A stretch of DNA of 50,338 nucleotides from NCBI GenBank assembly GCA_965372795.1, contig CBDVDR010000022.1, positions 1 to 50,338 of the forward strand, given 5' to 3'. A model generated the notes under the pieces. The model saw nothing but the letters and a program-made list of their open reading frames with translations. It was not told the DNA's origin and made no database searches. Source of the DNA: an uncultured bacterium (GTDB lineage: Bacteria > Zixibacteria > MSB-5A5 > GN15 > FEB-12). Shown piece after piece: positions 1 through 8,774 of this stretch (the stretch's first letter is position 1; each line of letters opens with the position of its first letter). A program made the translations under genes and the position numbers.

Positions 1-87
1 AATAAGATTGAATCAGTGCCTGATAATGAGTGGAGAACACTAATTATTAAGAAAGCAAAAAATGATTCCACCCGTCTTATATGCTAA
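1..87 (+). CDS. prmA: 3' end of an upstream gene, probably ribosomal protein L11 methyltransferase (partial)
   Basis: Frame 1 is open to TAA at 85-87 (NKIESVPDNEWRTLIIKK...). The 'EW' followed by hydrophobic residues resembles PrmA C-termini, and prmA-rsmE adjacency is common. Only 28 residues are visible. Confidence 0.45.
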   Translation, partial: NKIESVPDNEWRTLIIKKAKNDSTRLIC

Positions 88-811
88 AGAAGAGAGTTAT
101 CAGGATGGCATCTTTACTCTCGATAAAGCAGAAAGCCATCATCTAATATCTGTTATGAGGATTTCACCACCGGCAATCGTTATGGTAATTAACGGACGAG
201 GAGGAGCCTGGCGTGGGGAAGTTGTTGAAGCTAAAAAAAATAAACATGTCAAAATCAAAGTCCATTCTGAAATCCGTAACTTCGGTGAAACGGCTGTCAG
301 ATTGACTCTTGCTGCCGGGCTATCTACTAATTATAAATTTGATTCAATTGTTCAAAAAGGAACCGAGCTGGGTGTTATCCGCTTTATACCGTTAATGACT
401 TATAAATCAAAAGTAAAAGTGGAAGACCCTAAAAAGGCTTTGTCCAAAGTAAGGCGACTCGAAAAAGTTGCTATGGCATCAATTAAACAATGCCGCCGAT
501 CTTACCTGCCGGAAATTTCCACTCCGATGAATTTTGATGAGTATCTTAATCAGGTCGATAAAAACGACTTGAACCTAATCTTTCATCCGGGAAAAAACTC
601 AAGATATCTCGATTCTTTGGATTTTAAGAAATCAACTCAAAGAGTCAACCTTTTGGTAGGGGCGGAATCAGGTTTTTCCGATGATGAAATTGAAGCTGCA
701 ATGCAAAAGAATTTCCAACTTATATCCTTGGGAAATAGAATCTTAAGAACAGAGAATGCTGCTCCGACCGTTACCGCTCTGGTAATGTTTTTGCTAAATG
801 AGTTGAGATAA
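62..811 (+). CDS. rsmE: 16S rRNA m3U1498 methyltransferase RsmE
   Basis: HHLISVMR, QKGTELGV, ASIKQCRR, VGAESGFS and SLGNRILRTENA match RsmE SPOUT motifs. Confidence 0.95.
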   Translation: MIPPVLYAKEESYQDGIFTLDKAESHHLISVMRISPPAIVMVINGRGGAWRGEVVEAKKNKHVKIKVHSEIRNFGETAVRLTLAAGLSTNYKFDSIVQKGTELGVIRFIPLMTYKSKVKVEDPKKALSKVRRLEKVAMASIKQCRRSYLPEISTPMNFDEYLNQVDKNDLNLIFHPGKNSRYLDSLDFKKSTQRVNLLVGAESGFSDDEIEAAMQKNFQLISLGNRILRTENAAPTVTALVMFLLNELR

Positions 812-829
812 TTCAATTTTAACCGATAA
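803..829 (+). promoter_or_regulatory. Putative sigma28-type promoter of pilD
   Basis: TTGA-N15-ACCGATAA. The -10 is 7/8 to GCCGATAA and ends 10 nt before the ATG; the -35 is weak. Confidence 0.5.
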
Positions 830-839
830 TTGAATTAAT

Positions 840-1622
840 ATGAATACTTTTCTAATAGCATGGATATTCTGTCTTGGGTTAGTAATCGGTTCTTTCTTAA
901 ACGTCGTAATATACCGGCTACCCAGAAACAAAAATTTTATAATTGCCCGATCAGCCTGTACCAGTTGTAACTCAGAGCTGAAATGGTATCATAATATACC
1001 GTTATTCAGTTATCTGTTTCTTCGTGGAAAATGTGGTTTTTGCAAAGATAAAATTTCAATTAGATATCCTTTAGTCGAATTTCTCAACGGAATATTCTAT
1101 CTTTATTTTTTCTGGCAATATTCATTTTCAGCAAATTTTTTCATTTTTGCCGGGCTTATTTCGATATTGCTGATAATCTTTTTTATTGATGTAGATTTCC
1201 AAATTATCCCGGATGTAATTACTTTACCCTGTATGCTGATTGGTCTTGGAATTTCATTTTTACCAAATGGAATCGGGTTTGTGCCATCAATTATTGGGTT
1301 ATTAGTAGGTGGCGGATCGTTATATCTGATAGCTATTTTGGGTGACTGGCTGTTTAAAAAGGACTCTATGGGCGGGGGAGATATAAAAATGGCTGCCATG
1401 TTAGGAGCATTCTTAGGATGGCAAAAGGTTTTGTTTATATTTCTATCATCAGCTGTAATCGGTCTGGTGGTTTCAATAGCATTAATGGCAGTTTCTTCTA
1501 AAATAAGAAAAGAAAGAGTTGTGCCATTCGGACCTTTTTTGGCAAGTGCGGCAGTATTGGCAATTATCTATGGTGAGCAACTAATCGATCTGTACGTAAC
1601 TAATTTTCTTCAGGTTCAATAG
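840..1622 (+). CDS. pilD: Prepilin peptidase / N-methyltransferase (A24 family)
   Basis: GSFLNVVIYRLP, two CxxC pairs (CTSC, CGFC), ID..IIPD, MGGGDIK and VPFGPFL motifs; multi-pass membrane protein. Confidence 0.95.
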   Translation: MNTFLIAWIFCLGLVIGSFLNVVIYRLPRNKNFIIARSACTSCNSELKWYHNIPLFSYLFLRGKCGFCKDKISIRYPLVEFLNGIFYLYFFWQYSFSANFFIFAGLISILLIIFFIDVDFQIIPDVITLPCMLIGLGISFLPNGIGFVPSIIGLLVGGGSLYLIAILGDWLFKKDSMGGGDIKMAAMLGAFLGWQKVLFIFLSSAVIGLVVSIALMAVSSKIRKERVVPFGPFLASAAVLAIIYGEQLIDLYVTNFLQVQ

Positions 1623-1631
1623 TTCAAACAT

Positions 1632-1658
1632 TAACTAACTCAACTAAATAGCCGATAT
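1632..1658 (+). promoter_or_regulatory. Putative sigma28-type promoter
   Basis: TAAC-N15-GCCGATAT, ending 10 nt before ATG 1669. Confidence 0.65.
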
Positions 1659-1668
1659 TCCCAATATA

Positions 1669-3504
1669 ATGGGAAATGGAACTAAAAAATTTAAATCAAT
1701 AGTCCAGTCAGGGCTTTTTGTAATTATTTTTGGGTTACTATTACTTAGTGCTGCCTCAAATTATGTGATTTATAATATTTGGGGAAATAACCGGACCGAA
1801 ACCGAAATTGAACTTAAACAAGCTGCCGTTACAATTTCAAGAAATTTAACATCCTATAGTAAAAAAGAACTATCGGATTCGTTAGAAATCAGATTCTCAA
1901 AAATTTATAATTTAAGTAATCTTGTTATGGTTCCAAGCTACCCAGAGTCAGATAGCGATATTGATCGGCGGAACTGGTTATTGGAAACAGCACCGCAATT
2001 GCCATTGCATAAGTTATCAAAAATTGCTGAACAGTTAATTGAAGCGAAATTCAGTACCTTGAATAAAGGAATGGATGAGGAGTTCTTTTACCTGCATCCT
2101 TATATTTCAACAACCGGTAAAAGAGTTTTGATCCTTTCTAAAAAGATGCCGGTATTGGCATATATGGACAGTTCAATCAAAAAAATTCTGTTCATCTCAA
2201 TTGGCTCGATATTTATAATTCTTGCTTTGTATTTTTATCTTTCCCGCTTCATTGTCTCTCCTTTTGAGCGTTTAAAATCTGAAGCTGTTAAAGCAGGCAG
2301 GGTGATTGAAGGAGCTGATGATGATGTTGACATGATGGTAAATGATTATGAAAAAATTATAAATGAACTTAAGGATAAAGAATCGTTATTACTTGAATTA
2401 AACGAATCAATTCAAAATCGGGCCGACAGGTTGGAGAATTTAAATGAATATTTGATGTCATCAATGATATCCGGAGTTATAACTTTGAATAACAAAGGGG
2501 AGATTCTTAATTCGAATAATAGTGTAAGTCATATTTTGGCTATTGATTGTGATTTCTTTAAAGGCAAAGACTTATCATGTCTGTTTGATAAAAACTCAAA
2601 AATATATAGCTTTGTCTCAAATGCAGAGCTTATTTTCCCCGACAAACCGTATCAGGAATTTGAATATGTAAGATCTGATAATAAAAAAATGATGCTGGGT
2701 ATCGGGCTGTCAGTAATTAAAGACAGCAAAAATAATCCTTTAGGATTCGGGGTGTTAATAACAGATGTGACCGAACTTGATTCACTTCGAAAAGAACTTG
2801 AAGACAGCAACCGTTTAGCAGCCATAGGGGAGATGTCAGCCGGGCTGGCCCATCAGCTAAGAAATTCAATGGGAGCCATTAACGGTTACGCCAACCTTAT
2901 TAAACGTAAATTAGAGAAAAATAATATTTCTTCTGAACAGGTTGAAATATTGAAAAAAGAATCAGGGGAAGCGGAAAAACTGATAACCAGATTTTTGCAA
3001 TATGCCCGACCCTTTGATCTGAATCTTGAAGATGTAGAACTTAAATCATATTTGACTGAAATTATTGGATCTTTCAAAAACAGATCAGATTGTAAACTTA
3101 TTGAATTTGATCTTTGCTGTGAAACTTATTTAAATTTATCAATTGACTCTCTCTTTATTAAACAGGCTTTGGTTAATATTATTGATAATTCAATAATTGC
3201 CTATAAAGAAAAAGCCGGTATAATCCGGATAGAATCAGTTATTTCTACAAATTATATAAATATTCATATTCAGGATAATGCCGGTGGGATAGCTGATGAT
3301 GTTGTATCGAAGATATTCACTCCATTTTATTCTTCCCGACCCTCTGGAACAGGACTCGGCTTGTCATTAGCACAAAAGATTATTGATAATCATGGCGGGC
3401 ATCTTAAAGTTCAATCTACAGTTGGTGAAGGGGCTGAATTTATAATATCTCTGCCTATGTCAAAAACTGCAATTAAATCTGATCTGAGTCTGGTTACCAA
3501 ATAA
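1669..3504 (+). CDS. Membrane sensor histidine kinase (2 TM, HAMP-like, PAS, HisKA, HATPase); PilS/NtrB-like
   Basis: H-box AHQLRNSM, N-box NIIDNS, G1 DNAGGI, F-box FTPFYS, G2 GTGLGL; PAS-like segment ending DVTE. Confidence 0.9.
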   Translation: MGNGTKKFKSIVQSGLFVIIFGLLLLSAASNYVIYNIWGNNRTETEIELKQAAVTISRNLTSYSKKELSDSLEIRFSKIYNLSNLVMVPSYPESDSDIDRRNWLLETAPQLPLHKLSKIAEQLIEAKFSTLNKGMDEEFFYLHPYISTTGKRVLILSKKMPVLAYMDSSIKKILFISIGSIFIILALYFYLSRFIVSPFERLKSEAVKAGRVIEGADDDVDMMVNDYEKIINELKDKESLLLELNESIQNRADRLENLNEYLMSSMISGVITLNNKGEILNSNNSVSHILAIDCDFFKGKDLSCLFDKNSKIYSFVSNAELIFPDKPYQEFEYVRSDNKKMMLGIGLSVIKDSKNNPLGFGVLITDVTELDSLRKELEDSNRLAAIGEMSAGLAHQLRNSMGAINGYANLIKRKLEKNNISSEQVEILKKESGEAEKLITRFLQYARPFDLNLEDVELKSYLTEIIGSFKNRSDCKLIEFDLCCETYLNLSIDSLFIKQALVNIIDNSIIAYKEKAGIIRIESVISTNYINIHIQDNAGGIADDVVSKIFTPFYSSRPSGTGLGLSLAQKIIDNHGGHLKVQSTVGEGAEFIISLPMSKTAIKSDLSLVTK

Positions 3505-3514
3505 TTAGGTTACT

Positions 3515-3588
3515 TATTAAAATGAAGCCCTATTAAATTGACGCCCTATTAAATTGGAACCCAATTAAATTGGTGCGCAATTAAATTG
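3515..3588. repeat. Five-copy tandem repeat with a 16-bp period and core (T/A)ATTAAA(A/T)TG
   Basis: Cores start at 3515, 3531, 3547, 3563 and 3579, separated by the 6-bp linkers AAGCCC, ACGCCC, GAACCC and GTGCGC. Confidence 0.9.
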
Positions 3589-3659
3589 CTTCACAAGCAA
3601 AAAAAACTTGGGTTTACAATTGAATTCATTATATTTGATGGACTTTTAAAGGAGGAACT

Positions 3660-4220
3660 ATGCACTCGCCATCAGATTTTAGAAAAGGCTTACGAATTCT
3701 TGTAGATAATGAGCCATATTATGTTGTTAGTTATCAACACTTTAAAATGGGACGCGGAAAAGCAAATATCCGCACTAAATTAAAACATATAAAAACCGGC
3801 TCCATTGTTGAAAAGGTTTTTTCTTCAAATGATTCTTTCAAACCCCCTGATACTCAAGATGTTAAAATGCAGTATCTATATGAAGATCCCGATGGATTTC
3901 ATTTCATGGACACTAAGTCATTTGAACAGGTTGCTGTTCCGGTTGATAGTCTTGGAGACGCTAAATGGTATTTGATCGAAAACAGTGAATACAAAGTCAT
4001 GTTTTTGGATAATGAAGCTCTTTCAGTTGATCTCCCGGCATCAGTGGTTCTTGAAGTGACCGAGACCGAACCGGCTGCCAAGGGTGATTCAGTTACTAAT
4101 ATCACTAAACCGGCAAAGGTATCAACCGGGTTACAAATTAAAGTCCCTCCATTTATCAAAGAAGGCGACAAGGTTAAGATTGACACTCGTACGGGTGATT
4201 ATCTCGAACGTTCAAATTAA
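3660..4220 (+). CDS. efp: Translation elongation factor P
   Basis: DFRKG, KMGRGKA loop, MQYLY, HFMD, KGDSV..TKPA and KIDTRTGDYLER; strong SD GGAGGA. Confidence 0.97.
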   Translation: MHSPSDFRKGLRILVDNEPYYVVSYQHFKMGRGKANIRTKLKHIKTGSIVEKVFSSNDSFKPPDTQDVKMQYLYEDPDGFHFMDTKSFEQVAVPVDSLGDAKWYLIENSEYKVMFLDNEALSVDLPASVVLEVTETEPAAKGDSVTNITKPAKVSTGLQIKVPPFIKEGDKVKIDTRTGDYLERSN

Positions 4221-4223
4221 GAT

Positions 4224-4877
4224 ATGACAAAATATAAAAAAATTATAGGGGTCGATGAATCAGGTAAAGGTGACTTTTTCGGTCCCTTAGTTATTGGTGC
4301 TCTGCTCGCTTCAGAAGAAGAAAATGACTTCTTGCAAAATTTGGGAGTACGGGACAGCAAGCTTATTTCAGATAATAAGCTTTTAACGATTGATGAAAGG
4401 CTCCGTGATCATTTTCCGACCGCAGTCTTAGTGATTATGCCGGAAGAATATAATCAGAAGTATGAAGTTATTAAGAATCTCAACAAACTCTTAGCCTGGG
4501 GACATGCTTCCATTATCGATCAGATTCTTATAGACAATGAAGCTGATCTTGCTATTTCTGATAAATTTGGAAAGTCGGAACTGATTGAAAATGAATTGAG
4601 GAAAATTGATCGCACAATTGAAATTAAGCAATTTGTAAGAGGAGAGTCAATCCTGCAAGTTGCTGCCGGATCAATTATTGCCAGAGCAGCTTTTTTAAGA
4701 ACTATGAGCAAGCTTTCTTCACAATTTAAATTTGATATTCCAAGAGGTGCTTCTGCCAAAGTTGATGAAGCCGGGCGTCAATTAGTGGACATTTATGGAG
4801 TATCTACACTTAAGAAATTAGCAAAACTTCATTTTAAAAATTATGGGCGGGTGACAGCACCAACCTTATTCAAATAA
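4224..4877 (+). CDS. rnhC: Ribonuclease HIII catalytic domain without the N-terminal TBP-like domain
   Basis: GVDESGKGDFFGPL, GVRDSK, ISDKF, GE..VAAGSIIAR (DEDE-type active site) and C-terminal AKLHFKN. Confidence 0.85.
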   Translation: MTKYKKIIGVDESGKGDFFGPLVIGALLASEEENDFLQNLGVRDSKLISDNKLLTIDERLRDHFPTAVLVIMPEEYNQKYEVIKNLNKLLAWGHASIIDQILIDNEADLAISDKFGKSELIENELRKIDRTIEIKQFVRGESILQVAAGSIIARAAFLRTMSKLSSQFKFDIPRGASAKVDEAGRQLVDIYGVSTLKKLAKLHFKNYGRVTAPTLFK

Positions 4878-4907
4878 AAAAGCCGGATAGAGAATCTACC
4901 CGGCTTT
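4876..4907. terminator. Likely bidirectional intrinsic terminator
   Basis: AAAGCCGG...CCGGCTTT stem flanked by A and T runs between convergent genes. Confidence 0.75.
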
Positions 4908-4927
4908 GACTCAAAAAGAAGTTACTC

Positions 4928-5674
4928 TTATTCAGAGTATCCATATTGTATAAGTTCACCAACTACATTGCCATTAGGATAACTTAATTCTGTAGCTCCC
5001 AGAACATATTTAACCAATCCGACACCTTCAACGAACCAGTAATAATTTTTTTCTGTTGCAGAGCTTTGAACTGCTATCCGATATGCCTGGCTATAATAAT
5101 GACCAGTTTCGTTTAATTGAAGTACTTCAGCTTCTTCAACAGTCATTAAAAATTCACCTACTATCGGAAGGTTTTTGAGTGGCGTAATTATCAAACTATC
5201 TTTTTCTTGTTCACCATCAAGTTGGTCATCAAAATTTTCTGTTCTTAAATTTGCATCATCTGATTCGTTACGATTCCAACTGTTTCCGGCAATTATTGGA
5301 AGCTCAATAATTTTTTCCAGTGATGATGATTTAGATTCACGATAATAAATGGCAGTATTTGTATACTGAAAATAACCGGTGTCGGCTCCAAGAACATTAT
5401 CGTTTGATAACCATTCAACAACAGTCATGTCGTTGATAACAATTTCTTTGCCAACAGTATAGGTTATTATTCTATCACTTCCATCATTTGAAGTTAATTT
5501 ATATACGGTTGTATAACCTTCATCTAATGGAAACCATTCTAATGCTTCATAGGCTAAATTGTTATTTGTTGTCGGGGTTGTTACAATCTCGACAGTATCA
5601 GAACAACCAATTATAAATATCAGGCTGAACATAATTACTGTAGCTGTCATTGTGAGTACCTTCTTCAAAGTCAT
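4928..5674 (-). CDS. Hypothetical lipoprotein
   Basis: Signal peptide with lipobox IIGC, SD AGGAGG, and a C-terminal YWFVEGVGLVK motif typical of beta-rich lipoproteins. Confidence 0.75.
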   Translation of the reverse strand: MTLKKVLTMTATVIMFSLIFIIGCSDTVEIVTTPTTNNNLAYEALEWFPLDEGYTTVYKLTSNDGSDRIITYTVGKEIVINDMTVVEWLSNDNVLGADTGYFQYTNTAIYYRESKSSSLEKIIELPIIAGNSWNRNESDDANLRTENFDDQLDGEQEKDSLIITPLKNLPIVGEFLMTVEEAEVLQLNETGHYYSQAYRIAVQSSATEKNYYWFVEGVGLVKYVLGATELSYPNGNVVGELIQYGYSE

Positions 5675-5730
5675 CTCTCCTCCTCTTTGATAGAAATATC
5701 ATCGTTTCACCATATTTACAAAACTATAAG

Positions 5731-5746
5731 GCAACTCCGGTGCCAA
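5731..5746 (-). promoter_or_regulatory. sigma54 -24/-12 promoter of the lipoprotein gene
   Basis: Minus strand reads TTGGCACCGGAGTTGC = TGGCAC-N5-TTGC, about 56 bp upstream of the start codon. Confidence 0.8.
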
Positions 5747-5871
5747 AGATGTTGCCATGTCTTATCTTATTGTTATGCATCAGCATACGAGGCCGTGAGA
5801 TTGAGGGATTAGAATGTAGGTTTTGTCAATTATTGGAACAATCCAATACTTTATTGCTTTGGAACTAGGGC

Positions 5872-5898
5872 TAAAAAGTAGCCTTAAAATGCCGATAT
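5872..5898 (+). promoter_or_regulatory. sigma28-type promoter of the GAF/kinase operon
   Basis: TAAA-N15-GCCGATAT, essentially consensus. Confidence 0.8.
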
Positions 5899-5938
5899 AT
5901 ATAAAAGTGTGACAGTAAGTTAGATAAAAATTGGAGGT

Positions 5939-7978
5939 TTGGATATGGTCGATTTGACACTCTCTTATGGGATGGTGATTTTTCTGTTATTGGGTTTAGT
6001 TGTTATTAAAAGTTTAAGAACCAAGCTGATGGATGAGGATATTTCCGGATATAGATATATGACTGTCGGCATTAGTTTAATGGCGATTTTGTCTTTATTT
6101 AGAATATTTTTCTTTCAAGGATTATTGTCAGAGATTCCATTTATCTCCGAAGAGATATTTTTTAATATTCTTTCAGTCATAGGAACAATGGTCGGTTTAA
6201 TATTTTTAACCAGCGGGCTATCATCATGGCTTCCAATTTCTCAAAGCTACCGAAAGTATAATCGGGAAGAGATACAAAGACTTGAACTGATTAAACAAGT
6301 TGCGCAAATGATAAAAAACAAAACTAATACAAAAGAAATAGTAAGAGAAACTCTTGATTTATTTATAGATAATTATAATTTTTCATACGGCTCAGTATTT
6401 TTAGTATCGCATAAGAATTCTACTGTAAAATTGATTTCATCGGTAACTGACAATAACGAAACAAAATATGCTCTCGAAAATATTAAATTTAATAAACACT
6501 TCTTACAGCATCCCACTGCCATAAATGAAATTAGGATTAAAGAGCTTCCCGAAGACCTGACAACACCCAATATTTTTGAGCCCATAATAGTTTCTGATAA
6601 AGTAGTCGGAATGTTTTTGCTCTGGGGTGACACAACCGATGAATGTTATGACCGTTATCGTTCCAATATCAAAATAATTTCTGATATAATTGGTCGTAAA
6701 ATTGAATTAGATAAAATGAATATTGGTTTGGATTTTGAATCAGGAATGAAACATTGGAAAAATGAAATTAAAGAAATTATCAATAACAAAAAATCTATCA
6801 AAGAAATACTACCATCAATAAATAATAAGCTTAAAGAAAAAATTCCTGTTGATTTGATAACCATTTCTATACTATCAAATAAATTATCCGGTGATAGATA
6901 TGTAATTGGTGAGAGCAACACACTGCTACATGAATCTCACATAAATTTATCAGATATAATAACTCAGTATGATCAAACTGTTGAAAATGAAATGCCAACA
7001 GTAGTTAATTTTAATTCTGATGTTATTGGTTTAAAAGAAAAACTCTATTTACCGGCTGAAATGAATTCAATGATTGTCAGCCCCATAGTTAATGAGGGTA
7101 GGAAAATCGGCTATTTAACTCTGTCAGCTTCTAAATCAGGATGTTATAATAAATCGCACTGTTATCAACTTGTTGAAATAATGCCCTATCTGAATTTGAT
7201 GGCTATTAACAATAAGATTAAAACAATTGAAGAGACAACTCAGCAAACATATTCAAGTATCAATAAATTCTTGAAAACTATGAATAAAACAAAAACAGTC
7301 TCAGACAAATATAACGCTGTAGGCAATTATCTGTTTGAAACATTGAATCCTTCTGTGGTAAGAATACTATCATTTGATACTGACAACGCTTTTCTAACCT
7401 CTCAATATATGAGAGCCACAGATAAGCTTTCAGTTAATACACCTCCAGCAGGATTTATGATCCTTTCATTGATGCCTCTTCATGCCAGATGCCATGAAAC
7501 TTTGGAGGCAGTAAGATTTAATCTTGATAAAAAATATGATCATGTCTCTGAAATAGAGTTAAACCAAGCCTTCTCAGTAGATTCAGTTAATGGTATTATC
7601 ATCCCGGTAAAGATTGATAAACAGGTTGTCAGCGCTATCTCTATCGGGTTTACAGATGCTCATCGTTTTGTAACAAATAATGAGCAGCAACTTATTGAAA
7701 CAATCAGTTCATTATTGGCTGACGATTTAAAATCTTCATTAGGAGATATGAATAAAAAATCATCTGACATTCTGGAAAACAACTTGGAAACAATAATTAC
7801 CTCAGGCGATGACCGGGGTAGAGCCCGTTCGGCTTTGTCGGGAATTATGGGTTCAATCGAACTTCTTAAGACAAGAGAAAAAACTGACGAAAGTCTGTCG
7901 AAATATATAAATATAATAGATACATCCGCCAGGAAATTATCAAAATATATTGATGCTGAAGAAGTCAGTTATCAATAA
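5939..7978 (+). CDS. Membrane multi-GAF protein with a C-terminal degenerate DHp (pseudokinase-like)
   Basis: Three N-terminal TM segments and GAF-like PI..GxL motifs (x3). The tail RGRARSALSGIMGSIELLK resembles HisKA but has no His, and no HATPase follows. TTG start after GGAGG. Confidence 0.65.
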   Translation: MDMVDLTLSYGMVIFLLLGLVVIKSLRTKLMDEDISGYRYMTVGISLMAILSLFRIFFFQGLLSEIPFISEEIFFNILSVIGTMVGLIFLTSGLSSWLPISQSYRKYNREEIQRLELIKQVAQMIKNKTNTKEIVRETLDLFIDNYNFSYGSVFLVSHKNSTVKLISSVTDNNETKYALENIKFNKHFLQHPTAINEIRIKELPEDLTTPNIFEPIIVSDKVVGMFLLWGDTTDECYDRYRSNIKIISDIIGRKIELDKMNIGLDFESGMKHWKNEIKEIINNKKSIKEILPSINNKLKEKIPVDLITISILSNKLSGDRYVIGESNTLLHESHINLSDIITQYDQTVENEMPTVVNFNSDVIGLKEKLYLPAEMNSMIVSPIVNEGRKIGYLTLSASKSGCYNKSHCYQLVEIMPYLNLMAINNKIKTIEETTQQTYSSINKFLKTMNKTKTVSDKYNAVGNYLFETLNPSVVRILSFDTDNAFLTSQYMRATDKLSVNTPPAGFMILSLMPLHARCHETLEAVRFNLDKKYDHVSEIELNQAFSVDSVNGIIIPVKIDKQVVSAISIGFTDAHRFVTNNEQQLIETISSLLADDLKSSLGDMNKKSSDILENNLETIITSGDDRGRARSALSGIMGSIELLKTREKTDESLSKYINIIDTSARKLSKYIDAEEVSYQ

Positions 7979-8006
7979 AATTGAAATTAGAAGGTATAGC
8001 TAATAA

Positions 8007-8762
8007 ATGTTAAATAGTGCAAGCAGTATCGTTTCTGTTGTTGAGAATAGAAATGATAAAAAGGAACTCATAAAACAAAATATCCGGCTGGACACCCTAA
8101 AACAATTATCGATCGGTTATTTTCATTCTATAAATAGTATAATGTCTGTCATTATTGGAGAATCAGAAATTGTTAATGAGTATCTTGATGAGAATAGAAG
8201 TGACGAAACAGCTATGATTGAACCTCAACTTGAAAAAATATATCGATCAGCCTCTAACCTGAAACATATTTTGAAACATCTTGAAGCAATCAATACTATT
8301 GGAAATGAAGATTGTTGCAGAGAAGTCGAGGTTAATAAATTTGTAAGAAACCTTCCTGAGTTATGTTCGGGCTTTCAACGACTAATTAGAGATACAAAGA
8401 ATATTCAAATAACAATCTTGCCTGAAGTGAATAATTCACAAAAAAAGGTATGGCATTATTCGATTTTATTTGATTATGTCCTGCCGTTGATTCTTCAGAT
8501 TATTAAAGAAGCAATTTGTTCCGGTGATATAACTGTTAAGACTGATTCTGACTCTGATGAAATCGTAGTGAAGTTTGATAACTCATTGTTAAGTCAACCT
8601 GAAAATTCAAACCTGATTCAACATTTCTATAGTGATGCCGCCTTAGTTACTGATCATTATGAAAATAATCTGGTTTATATCAGTCATAAAGATTCAAAAG
8701 ATGGGAAATTTAGTATCTCAATCAAGCAATCTTCTAAAACAAACAATGTGAAAGTATTTTAG
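8007..8762 (+). CDS. DHp-containing protein with a degenerate ATPase domain (possible phosphotransferase)
   Basis: LKQLSIGYFHSINSIMSVIIG resembles an H-box; no recognisable N, G1, F or G2 boxes. Confidence 0.55.
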   Translation: MLNSASSIVSVVENRNDKKELIKQNIRLDTLKQLSIGYFHSINSIMSVIIGESEIVNEYLDENRSDETAMIEPQLEKIYRSASNLKHILKHLEAINTIGNEDCCREVEVNKFVRNLPELCSGFQRLIRDTKNIQITILPEVNNSQKKVWHYSILFDYVLPLILQIIKEAICSGDITVKTDSDSDEIVVKFDNSLLSQPENSNLIQHFYSDAALVTDHYENNLVYISHKDSKDGKFSISIKQSSKTNNVKVF

Positions 8763-8774
8763 GATAAAATATTT

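Noticed and set aside
3515..3588. Mini-CRISPR interpretation of the repeat array
   Set aside because: 10-bp repeats with 6-bp spacers are far too short, and no cas genes are in the window.
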